Part shown: one piece after another, positions 38,561 through 52,863 of the stretch | How positions within the stretch are numbered: position 1 is the first letter of the stretch | Layout of the letters: each line of letters begins with the position of its first letter | From: Vicugna vicugna | Lineage: Eukaryota | Reading direction: 5' to 3' | NCBI GenBank assembly: GCA_013265495.1 | Contig: MU057880.1 | Span: 2,014,527-2,078,526 of the forward strand | Length of the DNA stretch: 64,000 nucleotides | The notes under the pieces: generated by a model | What the model saw: only the letters and a program-made list of their open reading frames with translations | Database searches by the model: none | What the model was told of the DNA's origin: nothing | Translations under genes and position numbers: made by a program

Positions 38561-39611
38561 TTGGTATATAAAAAAGTTAGTTTCTTTTCTCTTTTACACA
38601 CTTGAGAATCCAACCACAGAGTACACTGGGCACTTCTGGAGAACATTTATCTAAGTTCTTCCTAAGTCCCTCAGTGATCGGTTGGCGGTCACTCAGCTCT
38701 AAAATTGAATGTTAACCACATATTCCTTTACACGCTCTGGGTAGGAAGCGTGCAGCTGTGGTTACTTCTCGGCTTCACAGAAGTAACTCTAAGGGATGTT
38801 GACAAATCAATCAAGTATAAAAACAATCTGAAGAAGACTATGTAAAAAGAAACAGTTTGCAACGGGACCTCTAATCTAGACTCTAAGGAACAGTTAAAAG
38901 GAACTTAGTGAACTGACATCTACACTGAGACATAAAGGATCGTGGAAGTTAGACAAGTTCAGTCTGAATTATGTCCTGCTGTGTGGTCTAAGGCGAGTTA
39001 TTTAACCTCTCTAAGTCTCATATCCCCTGTCAATAAAAATAGTCCCCAGTTATTTACAAGAACTCAATGAGATGCTGTACCTAAAGAAAGCACGAAATCT
39101 GGTACAAAGAGAATACTCAAAAGAGATAACTGATTTTATTATATGTATTATTAGTATTATTATCAATATATCTATTATCACCAGTTGGCAGTTTTTGTGC
39201 ACTAGGTGTCAAGCACTATGCTCGCTGCTAGCCATACAGAGAGCAATGCAGTACAGAACTAGAAAACAAAGCTGAGATTTCTGGACTATTATTCAGATTT
39301 CAGTGACTTAAGACACACTGACTACAAATGGTAAACTTGTTTTACAGACCAACAGAACGTCCACCTGCAATTACGTTCCAGGCTAAATTGAACGATGACA
39401 AATGTGGCTCAGTTAATGGTCAGTTGTGTTGTACTATGTGAAGCAATCCTTCCTCCCTCCCTCCATCCGTTCATTCATTCAGTAGTTACACCTCAAGGGC
39501 TTCCTGTGTTCACAGGTCTGCACCACCAGTCTGAGTGGGATAAAAGCTTGAAGCCCAGACCCACGGGGAGTGATGATTAACTGAAAAATAACTGGCAAGG
39601 ACTTTAAGGGT

Positions 39612-39695
39612 GATGATACTTGTTGAGAGAATAAATGATCATTTCAGACACTGGATGATATTTGTTGAGAGAACAGACAGTCACTTCAGACACCA
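39612..39695. repeat. 42-bp tandem duplication (diverged)
   Basis: gatgatacttgttgagagaataaatgatcatttcagacactg / gatgatatttgttgagagaacagacagtcacttcagacacca. Confidence 0.75.
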
Positions 39696-39974
39696 GAAAT
39701 TAGGAAAGGCTACAGAATGTGAATCTGAGGAAGTTCTTGAAGAGTGGGCAGCCTTTAAACAGGTGGTGATGTCAGGACAGACGGAAGCAAAAAGTCACTG
39801 TGTCTTAAGCATTTCATCAACAACACAAAGGAATCACTAATTATCAAGCTACAGAAAACAGCTAAAATAATCAAGACCATCACTAAAGAGGCCAGAGCAA
39901 GAGACAGGTTTTGGAATGATCAGCGGAAAGGCAGGAGTTAAAATCAAGACAAGAAAATATACAGAGGACTTAAA

Positions 39975-40970
39975 AAAGGAACAATAAGAAAACAAACCAC
40001 CCAATTTAAAAAACTGAGTGTAAGATCTTAACTGTTACCTCACCAGAGAAGACATACAGATGGCAAATAATAATTTAAAAAGATGCTCCATGTCATTTGA
40101 TGTCAAGAAATTGCAAATTAAAACAATGAGACATCACTACACGCCTATTACAATGGCCAAAATCCAGAAACTGACAACATCAAATGGATGTGAGAATGTG
40201 GAGCAACCGGAGCTCTGACTCATGGCTGCTGGGAATCAAAATGCTACAGCTACTTTGGGAGGCAGTTTGGCAGCTTCTTACAAAACTAAACATAGTCTTT
40301 ACTATACTGCTCTCCTTGATATTTACCCCAAAAGCTGAAAACCATGTCCACGCAAAAACCTGCACATGGGGATTTACTGCATGTAGCTTTAGTCACAATT
40401 GCCAGAACTTGGAAGCAACCAAGATACTCTTCAGTGGGTGACTGGGGAAATCAACTGTGGTCCATCAGACACTAGAATATTATTCAGGGCTAAAAATAAA
40501 TGAGCTATCAAGCCATGAAAAGACATGAAGGAACCTTAATGCATATTATTAAGTGAGAGAAGCCCATCTGGAAAGGCTACACACTGTGTGATTCCTAGTT
40601 TATGACATTCTGGAAAAGACAAAACTATGGAGACAGTAAAAGCTCAGTGGCTGCCAGGGGATGAGGGGAGAGAAGAAGGAACAGGCAGAGAACATCGGGC
40701 CTTTAGAGCAGTGAAAGTCTTCTGTTTGATACTATAATGATGAATACATGTCATCATATATTTGTTGAAACCCACCAAATGTTTAACACCAAGAGCAAAC
40801 CCTAAGGTAAACTTTGGACTTTAGGTGGTGACATGTCAATGGGGAGTCCTGTATTGATGGTGGGGGAGGCTCTGCAGGTTTGGGGGTAAAGGGCTTATGG
40901 GAAATCTCCATACTTTCACTTACTTTTGCTGTGAGCCAAAAACTACTCTAAAAAATAAAGTCTACTTAAA
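39975..40970 (+). mobile_element. L1MC-like ORF2 end plus 3'UTR
   Basis: ctcaccagagaagacatacagatggcaaat...ggaagcaaccaagatac...gacattctggaaaagacaaaactatggagacagtaaaa...ctctaaaaaataaagtct. Confidence 0.85.
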
Positions 40971-41489
40971 AGGGGAAATGCAAAAATTACTGTAGACAAA
41001 ATGAAAGGGAATAAATAAAAAGTTAAGAAAAATGCACTCAAAATTTGGAGACAGGCAAAAAGATGGCTCTTTCAACATCACACTAAGCACTGCCTAACGG
41101 GCCCACCTAAGGGCTGTGTGGTTCCTAGGAAAATGTAACTTTGTGTGACTTGACATTTTCTGGGGATTAGGGCCCAGACTCTGTATAATTATGTAACTTC
41201 AAGAAGATTGATAAATTACAAATGATTTTTGTCTGGGAGAGATGCAAATGATTTCTGCCAGGCAGGAAAGATATTCCCAAAGATAAGCCTGTGTTGCCCT
41301 GTGGAACATTAACAATTGTATCTAATTTAGCAACTTAATTTCAGTGTTCTTTCACTCCAGCCTCCTGAATTCTCCACTGAATCAGTCCAACTATCTTGCC
41401 CGTTCCCTCATTAATGAGTTAAATAAATCACTGGCATGTCCTCACAATATGTATGTTCTTAACCTTTTAAAAAATTATGCTTTGTTCTC

Positions 41490-41790
41490 CAAAACTTAAA
41501 TATACAATTACCATATGACCCAGCAATTCCACTCCTAGAACTATGCAAAAGAACTAAAAGGAAAAAGTACAATGCATATTTGCACACCCACTTTCACAGC
41601 AGTCCTATTAACAGTAGTCAAAAGGTGGAAAGAACCCAAGTGTCCATCAACAGAGGAACAGGTAAACAAAGTGTGGTATAGACATATACCCTGTGGAATA
41701 TTAGTCAGCCATAAAAAGGAATGACATTCTGATACATGTTACAACATGAATGAACCTTGAAAACATTATCCCCAGAAATCAAGACGAAGA
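41490..41790 (+). mobile_element. L1 ORF2-end fragment
   Basis: attaccatatgacccagcaattccactcctag...aacccaagtgtccatcaacag...acaacatgaatgaaccttgaaaacattat. Confidence 0.8.
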
Positions 41791-43904
41791 AGAGTCTGTC
41801 CAGTATTACAACTTGTAGAAGGAACACAGGGAAAATATAACAACCCAGGGAAGGACAAGCATTTAAAGGGCTGGCTAGAAGTCTGAGGAAAAAACAAAAA
41901 AACAAAAAAACACATGCAACCCTGAGAATGTGATTTCACCAGAGTCCAAAGCTTTAGGATGGCCACCAGCACCAAGTGCCATTGAAGGTCAAGTCCAATC
42001 AAACTGAACACTTTCAGCAAATGAGGAAGCCGCGGAGGACTTCAGCAAAAACCCTTCTGGTAGAGTGGCACATCAGAAGTAAGATGGCAGAGGATTAAGA
42101 TGTGAACAGAGGACAGTGTTTCCTACCTACAAGATGGAGAGAATAGTAATACACCCACAAGACGGGGTCTTTATAAGGAGTAAATGAGGAAGTATTAACA
42201 AGGTACATGAACTTCTTCTGGGCTTATTAAGCGCTAAACAAGTATTTTGTCTTATTAGGAGAACATACTTTATGTAGTTACTCTTTTATAATGTTGGTAA
42301 TTATGATGAATAGGATTTTGCTTCCGAAAAACAAAAAATCCTGCCTATAGTTTAATTCATTGGGTTTGGTCTCTTCTGTGCAGATCGACCTATAATGATC
42401 CTCAACAGTAATCCAGTTCTAGGTCACAAATCTTGATGCTAAAGTAGGTTTTCTGAGCACCTCCTGAACATGCCTTGTTTTCAGCGACACTGGTGTAAGC
42501 TCAATATACCATTAGCTTTGAGTCTCCACCGGAATCTTTTTCTAAATTTTACTTTTCAGTAGAGCTCCGGAGTTGTATTCCATGAATATCACCGAAAAAC
42601 TGGGAATGGCTTACTGCACTGTATCATTCTTGGTCATTATGTATTACCTTGTTACAGAAGTGCTTCCAAGATGCTTTTCTATTAGCTATGTAGCTGTATA
42701 CTGTTATGTTCAATACAAGTTACAGCACGCTTATACATCTTTAAGACTGTTTAAAAATTTTTACAATTTTAATTAATCACTTTAGCTCAACATTCATTAA
42801 AAGATAAAAGCTTATTAGTGAGCATGCTTTGGTTAATATTTTATGATCATTTCTAAATAATTGCCAGTTATTGGCATTTCAAATGCTTTATATTAAGATA
42901 ACCAACTTTGAAATCTATTTGTTTTCACTTTAAATGATTCAATCACTATAATTACAGCTCTAGCATTTTTTTCACAAAGACCAAATTCCCATCAGAACAG
43001 ACTTCTTTTATCAGTGGGAAATTTCAATTGTTTTTAAAGAACTTGGTGACAAATACTACCATTGTCCATTCCAAACAGCACACTAATAGTCACATTTGGA
43101 AAATGGATGTCCTCCAACATTTTCAGCACCAATTAACACTCAAATTAAACTACTCCTTCAAGGCAATAAAACATTTCACAAGAAGATATTAGAACTGGTT
43201 AGTTTCATTAATGATGTTTTAATATTAAGAACTGTTTATTTATATTTTGTGTCTTCTAACTACTTGTAATTTTTACCTAACTCTCATATATGCAATCTTT
43301 ACTCATTTGTTTCCTTTACATTATGATTTTAAAAATGGCATTCAAGGCAATAAAGAAGATCAGCTCTCATAGCATCTGGCAGGATTATAATTAAAGTTCT
43401 GTCAATAGAGCTGTTATATGCCTGATTTGAAAGGATATAAATTTAGTACTTAGTGAGGTTAGAAGTGTCATGTAAGAACTGCAAGTTAACAAAATGTCAG
43501 TAAAAATCCTTAGGTTATATTTTATCTACTTTTCTAAATATGCCATATTTAAATAGTTGCCATTAAATATTAATAACATGTTATGAATATTCAAATTTTC
43601 CGAGCCTTATGCCTGTATTCCATTTTGATTAGGGGGTGCCTGCAAGGGGGATGCAATGATGCCACACCAAACAATAAACTCTGCAAGAGGAGCAGTCCAC
43701 TGGACTGGATAGAAACAAAGTGCCCGACATGCTTCTGTTAAACATAGTGAAGGAATCATTTCTATGATGTTTTGACAGGTTAGGCTGTTTGTCTAGCATG
43801 ATTTACACCATTAATTCAATCTTCTATAGCAATTGATAATGACAAATTACTGGAAGGTGGAAATAAAACTGGGACAGTTCTCATCCTCATCCCATTGTCT
43901 AACA

Positions 43905-44119
43905 CAGTTGACCCTTGAGCAATGCAGGGGGTTAGCAGTCCTGACCTACGGTGCCATCAGAAGTCTGCATGTAACTTCATTGTCAGCCCCTCTATCCATG
44001 GAGTCAGCCAACCAACTACCGATCATGTAGTATGCAGAGCATATACAGTATCAGAGTGAAAAAGTCTGCACAAAAGTGGACCTGTGTGCTTCAAACTCGT
44101 GTTGTTCAGGGGTCAGCTG
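43905..44119 (+). mobile_element. Tigger2-family MITE (MER8-like)
   Basis: TIRs cagttgacccttgagcaa... and ...ttgttcaggggtcagctg, followed by TA. Length 215 bp. Confidence 0.8.
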
Positions 44120-44566
44120 TACAAGACTCGTTACAATGTCTAACCACCAATGTTTCCGAATAGTCTAGCTAGGAGACACAGGGCAAAGAGGAAAGAATCC
44201 ATGATGAACTATATTATTCTTCATTTTATTTTTAAGGATTATATTATTCTTCATTTATACATTATTTGCCTAGATCCATTAAAAAGGAACTTTGACAGAG
44301 AGACAGAAATATAGGATATTTTAACTACTAAAAGCATAGCTTCTCTTTCAAACAACATCCTTATGACTGACTTTCATGAGTGAGAATTTTTAGTAATGAT
44401 TGAACAAAAAACTACTGGTTATTTTTGGCATCTCCACCTATGGAAAAAGCAATATACATAATCAGGTAACCTGCCAGCAGCATTTGGGAGAAAGTCATAT
44501 GTAATCAGATCATCCTCCAACAGAATTTAGGAGAAAAAAAATTGTTAACTACTGTTCATCAGTGTG

Positions 44567-45025
44567 TGTATCAGTTCCCTCATGCTGCTTTAACAAAATT
44601 AGCAAAAACTTAGGGAATTCAAGAACATGGCAAATTATCACCTTATGGGTCTGGAGCTCAGAACATCAAAATCAGACTTCCTGGGCTTAAGCCAAGGTGT
44701 CCCCAGGGCAGGTTGCCTCTGGAGGCTCTGAGGAGAGTCCCAATTCCTTGCTTTTCCCAGCATCTCGAGGCCACCTGCATTCCTGGACCAGGTGTCAATC
44801 CCACTTCGCGTTGTTTTCATCACACCCACTGCTACGATGCAATCTTCCCCCTCCCTCTCCAAGGAGCCTTGCGATTACACTGGGACCCCTCAGATAGCCA
44901 GGACACTCCCCCCTCCAAGAGCTCTAATCACACATGCAGGGTGTTTCACTGTGCAAAGTAACACTCACAGGTTCCAGGGATTAGACCACAGTCATACCTG
45001 TACAACAACTATTTAGCCTACCCCA
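44567..45025 (-). mobile_element. MaLR LTR (MLT1B/C/D-like)
   Basis: tgtatcagttccctcatgctgctttaacaaa...ctggaggctctgaggagagtcc...cacaggttccagggattag...ttagcctacccca. 5-bp flanks gtgtg/gggtg. Confidence 0.8.
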
Positions 45026-46929
45026 GGGTGCAACCCCTGAAGATGAGGGATATGAGAAAAAATAAATATAATGCCATTTTAAGGTTTGTGTCTATGAGTT
45101 GAAAAATACAAAAAAAACCTGGGACAAGCATGTCTGATATTATTCTATAATAAATGAAACAATTCTGGAATGTTAATAACGAAAGCAACAAAAATAAAGA
45201 ACAGTAAACTATGACAAGCTGTTAGGAAAGAAATTGATATTAATATATAGAAGGAAATATATAGAATAAGATTGTTTTAAAACAACAAAGATGAGTAATT
45301 GCTACAAACTAGAATTAAGCGCTTTTGGCTAATCCCAAATATGATCTTTTTTTTCCTTGACAGACTGCACTGCTCAAAAAGATTTGAAGTCTATTATGAA
45401 AACAAACAAAAAGTCACACACTGGGAAGCCGCAAAAAGTTTGGCAGGATTATGAACTGTAGTGTATTAATAATTCAATATAATTACAAAGCATGCCTATA
45501 CCAAAGAAAGACAATGGCTTGTATAAGCAGGCTTCTATTTCCATGGAAGAGCTTCTATGTATTTCTGATGCAGTAAACTGCCTGCATATAGATTATTACA
45601 ATAGACCGCAACACCCAATTTTCCCCCACGAGTGCAACAGTTCATATTTTCTATTATATAAATCCCACTGATTTAAGCCCAAGTTAAGAATTAAATGGAA
45701 AAAAAACAAAAAATATTTTAAGCATAAATGTAGAGCAGATGCCACCCAGCAACTAACAAACCATTTTTCTCACTGTTCAGATTACTCTTATCACCAGTGT
45801 CACAAACAGGAGCACGTTAACTGGCGCGATGAGAAGTGACTGTTGTAGCGACTTCAAATTAGGACGCTTACGTTTAGTTGACAATTTGGGTAATGCGACC
45901 ATTAATGCCAGTAAATATCACTTACAGTATTAATAGTGATACCGTATGGAAACGTAAGGCAGCCGAATGCAAACGAACACACAGGTATAGAAACAGCAAC
46001 CACAAAGCTAGAAACTGAGATCATCACACAAGCGCAGGACCATGGACGTGGAGGAGAGCTTGCGGAGTTATTAAGACAGCTGTGGTTTTTCTTCCACTAC
46101 ACAATTATGGCTTGTGAATAAATGTGAGATTCCTTTGAATTTAGTCATCAACAGCACCAGAATTAAGAAACAAAGAAGCCGGAAGGAAGGAATGTTTTCC
46201 AAACAGAGCTGGCTAAAATTTCCCTACAGCAATGTTAGTGACTATCACCTTGATTGCTTCTTGTTTGATAATCAACTTTATATCCTAGAGGAAAGGGCTG
46301 CCCTCCTCCCTCTGAAGCTGCCCACATCTGTCCACCATCTGGCTTGCAGCGACTCACATCCATCCACCCCCAAGCTCGGTCTCCTAACCTCATGCCTTCT
46401 GGAACAAGAAACTGCCCCTTGAGAAAGTAGGAAGATCTGAGCTGGGCAGGAAAGCACTGGGAATACTGAAACTTCCAAGTGTTAGGGCTTTCTTCATGTT
46501 AGCAGGTCTTTGTTGGGGAGATTTCTAAGGGGCTATTAATAAACAAAACCACAACCGTATAGTGGGGCTCTGAATGAACATTAATGGTTCATTTTCTTTA
46601 GCATTTTCTTCAGGATGAGATTGTATTTTGAAATATTACATTAATTTGCAATTGCAAGTCAACCAAATAGTCACCATCTCTGAGAGTTACTGTGCCAGGC
46701 AAAATACTGTTGCTTTAATTCTGTCATTTTTTTTCACTCTTTTTAGGGTATAACACATCAAGTAAGCTTGTCTGATATCACAACTCACATGCTGTCCACA
46801 TCATACTGTTTAACTGAACATATATTCTGCATTTAGACAAATCTAATGCTCTCTGCTTTTCCAGCCTCTTGTTTCAGGAGGCCTTTTTGTTTTCTTTTGT
46901 TTTTGAGAAATACGCTCTCTGGCTCTTAT

Positions 46930-47745
46930 CAAAAAGACACAAGGTAACAAATTCTGGGAAAACTGTGGAGAAAAGAGAATCACTGTACACTGTTAGTAGA
47001 AATGCAAACTGACACAGCTACAGTGAAAAACAGCACAGAGATTCCTCAAGAAATTTAAAACAGAACTCCATTTCATCCAGCAACCAGCCTCTGGGAATAT
47101 ATCCAAAGGAAACAAGAGATCTAGAAGAGATGTCTGAACTTCCATGTTCACTGCAGCATTATTCACAACAGCCAAAACAGGAACCAATTTAAGTGCCCAT
47201 CAGTGGATGAATGGATGAAGAAAATGTGGTATATATATGTACAGTGGAATATTATTCAGCCTTAAAAAAGACAAAAATACTATCATTTGCAACAATATGG
47301 ATGGACCAGGAGAGCATTATGCTACATAAAATAAACCAGACAGAGAAAGACCAATATTCAGAGTATCACTTACATGTTGAATCTTAAAAAATAAAAAGTC
47401 TAATCCACAGAAACAGAGAGTAGGAAAGTGATTGCCAGGGACTTGGTGGAGGTGGGGGGGAGAATGGGGAGAGTTTGATAACAGGTACAAACTTCCAGTT
47501 GCAAGATGAAGGTCTCAGGTTCTCATGTATTACACAGTGACTCTAGCTGATAATATATTGTTTAACTGAAATTTGCTAAGAGAGTAGAACTTAATTGTTC
47601 TCATCACAAAAAAAAAAAGATAAACATGAGGTGATGGACATGTTAATTAACTTCATGGGAGAAATCCTATCAAATCATCACATACACTTTAAATAGCTTA
47701 CAATTTCCTTTGTCAATTACACCTCAATAAAGCTAAAATAAAAAT
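46930..47745 (+). mobile_element. L1MA-like ORF2 end plus 3'UTR
   Basis: ccatgttcactgcagcattattcacaacagcc...gaaatttgctaagagagtagaacttaattgttctcatcac...tgtcaattacacctcaataaagct. Confidence 0.85.
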
Positions 47746-48654
47746 AATCAAGTGGGTGATTGGAAGAACAAAGAAGGAAATACCGTCTCATAATAAAACT
47801 CCTAGCCACACACGTATACCTGTTTAGCTACCTTCCTGAGTCATCACTAACATTCCTGACCAGTGTTTCACAGGTAACGGGGAAAAAGTTCTGTCTTAGG
47901 TACATTCTTTTTTCCCTTAGAAGACATCTTAATGTTATCTCTATACCTATGATAGCTTGTATCGTTTCCAACTATTAAGCACCAAGTTATTAGGGCATTT
48001 GTGTTTGGAAAGACAGAGCAAATCTATAAAATATGACAGCCTCAAAAGACACACCTATAAACTCTGTCTTATAGGGATGTGTGAAATCAGCATTGCCAAA
48101 AGCAAAATATAGTAATTGTGATAAAGTAGATTATTTCATCTATTTGATGAATATGGCTCCGATTCTGAAACTTCAGGCCGTATCTGCACAACACAGGCAG
48201 GTTATTCATCAAAAGAAATCACAAGTATCAATAATTTGGCTCCTCTGCATAAAGGTCTCTAAAACTGACAAAATTAACATTCTACAATGATAACATTATT
48301 TACTCTGTTATTTTACCAAATAAACGGTCCACATGAGTCTGTTGTCTAAATTTCCTCTGCCAATTTTCTTACAGCTAGCTTGACTCACTTTTCGCTGGGA
48401 AAACAGCAGAATTTATTTGTTCATTTGCTTAATCAGTATCAGTTAATAGCGTTCACTAACTGAGGACCTACTGTCTTCTGTACTTTACGGAAAATGAAGA
48501 AGAAGGATACATTATTCCTGACTTTGAGAGGTTTACAGTCCATCAGAGAATAAAAGGAAGACACACAAAGTTAGTTTAATTACAGTGAAGAAGCCATCAG
48601 ATTTAACCAACAAATGACAGAGACGAAAGGCGTGGACTGGAAAGAGGGTACAGA

Positions 48655-48791
48655 GGGAAGGGTATAGCTCAAATGGTAGAGCATGTGCTTAGCATGCACA
48701 GGGTCCCGGGTTCAATCCCCAGTACCTCCTCTTAAAAATATAAATAAATAAGTAAATTTGATTACCTCCCCCCTCAAAAACAAAATAAAAT
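48655..48791 (+). mobile_element. tRNA-Ala-derived SINE (vic-1-like) with TSD
   Basis: gggaagggtatagctcaaatggtagagcatgtgcttagcatgcacagggtcccgggttcaatccccagtacctcc. 15-bp TSD gaaagaggg(t/c)acaga at 48640-48654 and 48792-48806. Confidence 0.92.
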
Positions 48792-50447
48792 GAAAGAGGG
48801 CACAGAATGAGTCAGAGGAGCACAAAGCAGTGAAAGACTGATTCGAGGATGAGAGATGCAGATAGGAGGTAAGTAGTGGAGGCAGAAACTCTGCTGAAAA
48901 CTGGTCGAAGCCGGTCCCAGCACTGGGTGTTTTGGGCGCCCTACCATGAAGAGTGCGCAGAACAGGAGAAGATTATGAGGAAAGTTATTCTATGTTTCAT
49001 TAGAATCCTCAAATAAACTGTAAGGAAATTCTTACTCTGTTCCTAACATTCCTTCAAGTAACTACTGATGGGAGAGAAGTGTAGTGTCTGATATTTGGAA
49101 GCTATTCAGTATGTATTAGAGAACAGACACATTAATGATACTTACGGAGCGAGACACATGTGTAGCCTTTATGAAAGTGAGAAAACAAATCCTTGCATTC
49201 ATTGTCCTCAAATGCAAGAGAGTCGAGGATGTTTCCGACCGGCTGTAACAGCGTGATTGGGGTGCTTTGGGTTAGTGGGGTGGCGTCACGGAGGATAAAA
49301 CAGGGTGCAGAGAAGAGTATGGAGACGAAGCAGATCCCCTTAAAGTCTCACCTTCAGAAACTGACATCCCTCACTCCTGTTCAGTGAAGTACTTAGACAG
49401 ACAAATCAGATTCTCAATTAGTGAGTGCCACCCTTGTCTCCTGAGTGCCACGTGGTCATCTATATTTTATTTCAGACCTGCCTTTTAGTGATCTATACTA
49501 TACTAGACATACAGTCATTCAGGTGAACTAAAACGTCACTGTAAGTGAATTTTGGACTTGATTTCAAATTTAAAAAACAGTATATCAACATATTCTCTTA
49601 AAAATCAATTATTCAGGTGCTAAATAAATGCTTCTATAAAAAACAAACAACAATCTCATCACAATTAGATATAAAAATAGGAGTCATAATTTAAATGCAA
49701 TATATGATTGCTTTTATTACACACTATGCTGCTACTAGGAATAAAGGAATAAATATTTAAAACCATTCTTTCTCTAGTCTGAGACAGTCCCCAACAAACT
49801 ATACTGTGCTCAAACCATTACTATTCAGCTTTCAATCCAAACTGTATATTATTGCTTAAGAAAAATATTAAAAAAATCTTAAAAAAAAAAAAACCCTTAA
49901 GCTTCTTTCAGCCACCTGAAGTATCATTCCAGCACGTGGCTTTTCAAAAAGGGTACAAATCTAATATTCTAAACACTATTATGCCAAGCAGACTTTACTG
50001 AATGTCTTTTGAGAAGTGGAGGGGTAATCACATCACACATCACTCAGGAAATCTACTCGTCATGTTTCCCAGACGGGGCTCTTTTTTGTCCTAAAGCCCA
50101 ACTCATCGTGGACCGCCCTTCCTCCCCAAGCCTCTCTTTTCTGTTCTTTTCAAGGCAAGAGCCTGACAGTCCCTCCCTCCGGCTCCTCTTGGCCTTTCCT
50201 GGCCCCTTCTCCCTGTTACATAATCTTTTCAGGATGCTCCGCGGCCCTAATTTAGGAAAATCAAACTTGATTTTCACAATTCTCTACTCCACACATCACA
50301 AAGTTATCACAACAGAGGAAGCAAAGATTCTTCTGAGGAAACTGGAAGGAAAAGAACTATGAACACTCAAATATTTTTAAATGCTCATACACATACGCTT
50401 ATTAGAAAAAATTTTGCTCCGAATATTCATTGCCTAAATCCTTTTCT

Positions 50448-50616
50448 GGGTGGAGGGTATAGCTCAAGAGATAGAGCGCATGCTTAGCATGCATGCACAA
50501 GGTCCTCGGTTCAATCCCCAGTGCCGCTTCCAAAAATAAAATCTAATTACCTCCCCCTCCAATAAAACCTAAAAATATATAAAGTCACCTAGAAATGTAA
50601 AGAAAAAGATACTTCA
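50448..50616 (+). mobile_element. tRNA-Ala-derived SINE (vic-1-like)
   Basis: ggagggtatagctcaagagatagagcgcatgcttagcatgcatgcacaaggtcctcggttcaatccccag. Possible TSD ctaa(a/g)tccttttc at 50434-50446 and 50617-50629. Confidence 0.85.
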
Positions 50617-50895
50617 CTAAGTCCTTTTCCCAGGTGGTATCCAATCAGCTATACAGAGTGAGTATGTTAATTCTCCCAAGTCTGGAAGTTTTAATGAAGT
50701 ATTAAGACTAAATTTGAATTGCAAAATCGCAAAGGCATTGAAATCACTGATTTAACAAAAGCCTGAAATTTGGTTACCAGGAGAAAATATGCATTTTTCC
50801 TTAGAGTTACTACTTATTTTTCAGTTTTAGTTTCTTCCACTATCCTATAGTTAAAATTCTGACACTTAAAAATGTTAAATTAATTGCAGTCTTAC

Positions 50896-50963
50896 CATTG
50901 TTGTCTCTTGAATAGATCCAAAACTGTTGATAAAAATGTTGACTACGACATCAACAGGGATGC
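50896..50963 (-). CDS. GLRB: Glycine receptor beta subunit, exon 4 (68 nt)
   Basis: (G)[22 protein letters not shown]. Poly-T tract plus cgctag acceptor, donor ATG|gtaaga. Phase 1 joins exon 3. Confidence 0.97.
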
Positions 50964-51331
50964 CTAGCGATAAAAAAAAAAAAAAAAATTAAGGATGTAT
51001 TTAGTAGCTGTAAAAAAACCTGCTCAGAATCTTCAGATTTTTATATTTTTTTCCAATCCACATGGGTGTAAAATTATAAACTTATGGTTTCAGTGTACCA
51101 TGTTCATAAATTTCTATTAACTTATTTTTCTAAATAGGAATCAATACACAAATGAAAAGTGAGTTATGTTGTATGTTACAGTGTTATTATTCAGCAATAC
51201 TTCTCTTAAATTGTAGACTCTGGAAAAATATATGTACCTTTAAAGGTTTTTATTTTAATTGGGCTGATGAATTTACTTTCAGAAATTGTAAATTATTCTT
51301 TTAAAAAACGTCATTTAAAAAATCCATTTTT

Positions 51332-51514
51332 AGAATAGATAAACAAGATTATCCTATATAGCACAGGGAGATATATACAAGATCTTATGGTAGCTCACAG
51401 AGAAAGGAATGTGACAATGAATATATATGTGTTCATGTATAATTGAAAAATTGTGCTCTACACTGGAATTAGACACAACATTGTAAAATGATTATAAATC
51501 AATAAAAAATGTTA
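51332..51514 (+). mobile_element. Young-type L1 3' tail with TSD
   Basis: Same 3'UTR type as 59984-60391. TSD aaaaaatcc(a/t)ttttt at 51317-51331 and 51515-51529, after a TT/AAAA site. Confidence 0.85.
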
Positions 51515-52756
51515 AAAAAATCCTTTTTTGCATATTTATAATCATTTTAAATTTTTACTTTCAAAAGTAAAGCAGTATTTAATAAATTTACTTACAATTA
51601 CTGTTTTGATTCTTAATTCATGAAAATGCAAAGCTAATCAGACAGCAGAATCATTATAAAGATTTTTGCCTGACCTGTTGGAAAATAATTTTAAAGGAAC
51701 TAAGGTATAATGTTGCAAATTTCTCTCCTGATTTTTTTTTCTTACTCATTGTGGGCTGCTGGTTGTCTAACAAAGGGAAAACATGAATTTAGCCTTTTAG
51801 CCACATAACCTCTGACTGATGGAAAACAGGTGTTGGATCAATACATGGGAGACACGTGACAACCCCACCGCGACGCTGCTGAAAGTAACTGGGTAGGTTT
51901 TGGAAGAAACAAAAACTCTGCTTTTACAACACAGTTGTAAACCTCAGTTGACTAGAAGCAGCTGCAGTCATTTCTTTTTCTTTTTTATTCTATAAAGTAA
52001 AACACGTTATTCTGATCTATATCAATACCTGTCCTTTAATGTCTATTAATACCAGCAGCAAAGCTTATAGTTTTCCAGAGATATTCTCATATAGTTCTTC
52101 CTAACTCATCAAGAGAAAGAAAGGAAGAAAGAAAGAAATGCAGGGAGGAAGGAAGGATGGGAGGAAGGAAATATACAGTCCTCCTATGACTTACTGCAAG
52201 TACAGTTTTGGTTCTTCTAAGGTGTGATAAGTGGTAATACCTGGTTGAAAATATAGTCACTTTTATTCACAAAGTGTTTTAAAAACCATGTGGCCATCTT
52301 TTTTCAGCTAGAGAGTAGAAGGAATTTTTTTAATCAATGTGCAAAGCTAACAGAAAGTAAAAAAAGAATCTAAATGCATATTTCTCTATCCTCAAATGAG
52401 TGTCTGGCCATTCTCCTACAAAGTACAACTTTGTTGTCCGTGAATGAAAGCCAGAGCCTAAATTTTAAATTATTAAGGTTAAGAATACAAAGTACTTAGA
52501 AAACTCATCACATAGGTTAGCCTATTAATTCACAATACACCTTTTGTTTAAACTGAGAACTGCATAAAACTATTAGATAATATTTTGCTTATCTTTCAAC
52601 ATTTTTGGCATTAAGTTGCTAAGTACATTACAGGACAGTTATATGTCAATTTAAAATATTACTATTTTGAATATTACAAATAAATGATTTTATATAGATA
52701 AAATCAGTTTTCAAACTGCAAAGAATGAAGATGCCCAGGGGGTGGAGAAAACAAAC

Positions 52757-52863
52757 CTTTGAAATTTGGTCTTATTCGGGGATCATAACTGACCAATAGC
52801 CTATTCAAGATATTGCTGGTGGAGTTGGCAGGCACTCGGGCTAGGTCCTCTGCTGACTGCTGG
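52757..52863 (-). CDS. GLRB: Glycine receptor beta subunit, exon 3 (107 nt; first exon present, gene is 5'-partial in this window)
   Basis: Translates [35 protein letters not shown](G), the GlyR-beta N-terminal helix. Acceptor ttacag|C, donor AAG|gtttgt. Confidence 0.97.

Noticed and set aside
39612..39695. Direct repeats as a possible CRISPR-like array
   Set aside because: Two adjacent diverged units without spacers in a mammalian intron; an ordinary slippage duplication.
48655..48729. Apparent tRNA-Ala(AGC) gene
   Set aside because: Has a SINE tail, A-rich end and TSDs, and belongs to a dispersed family with four other diverged copies here.
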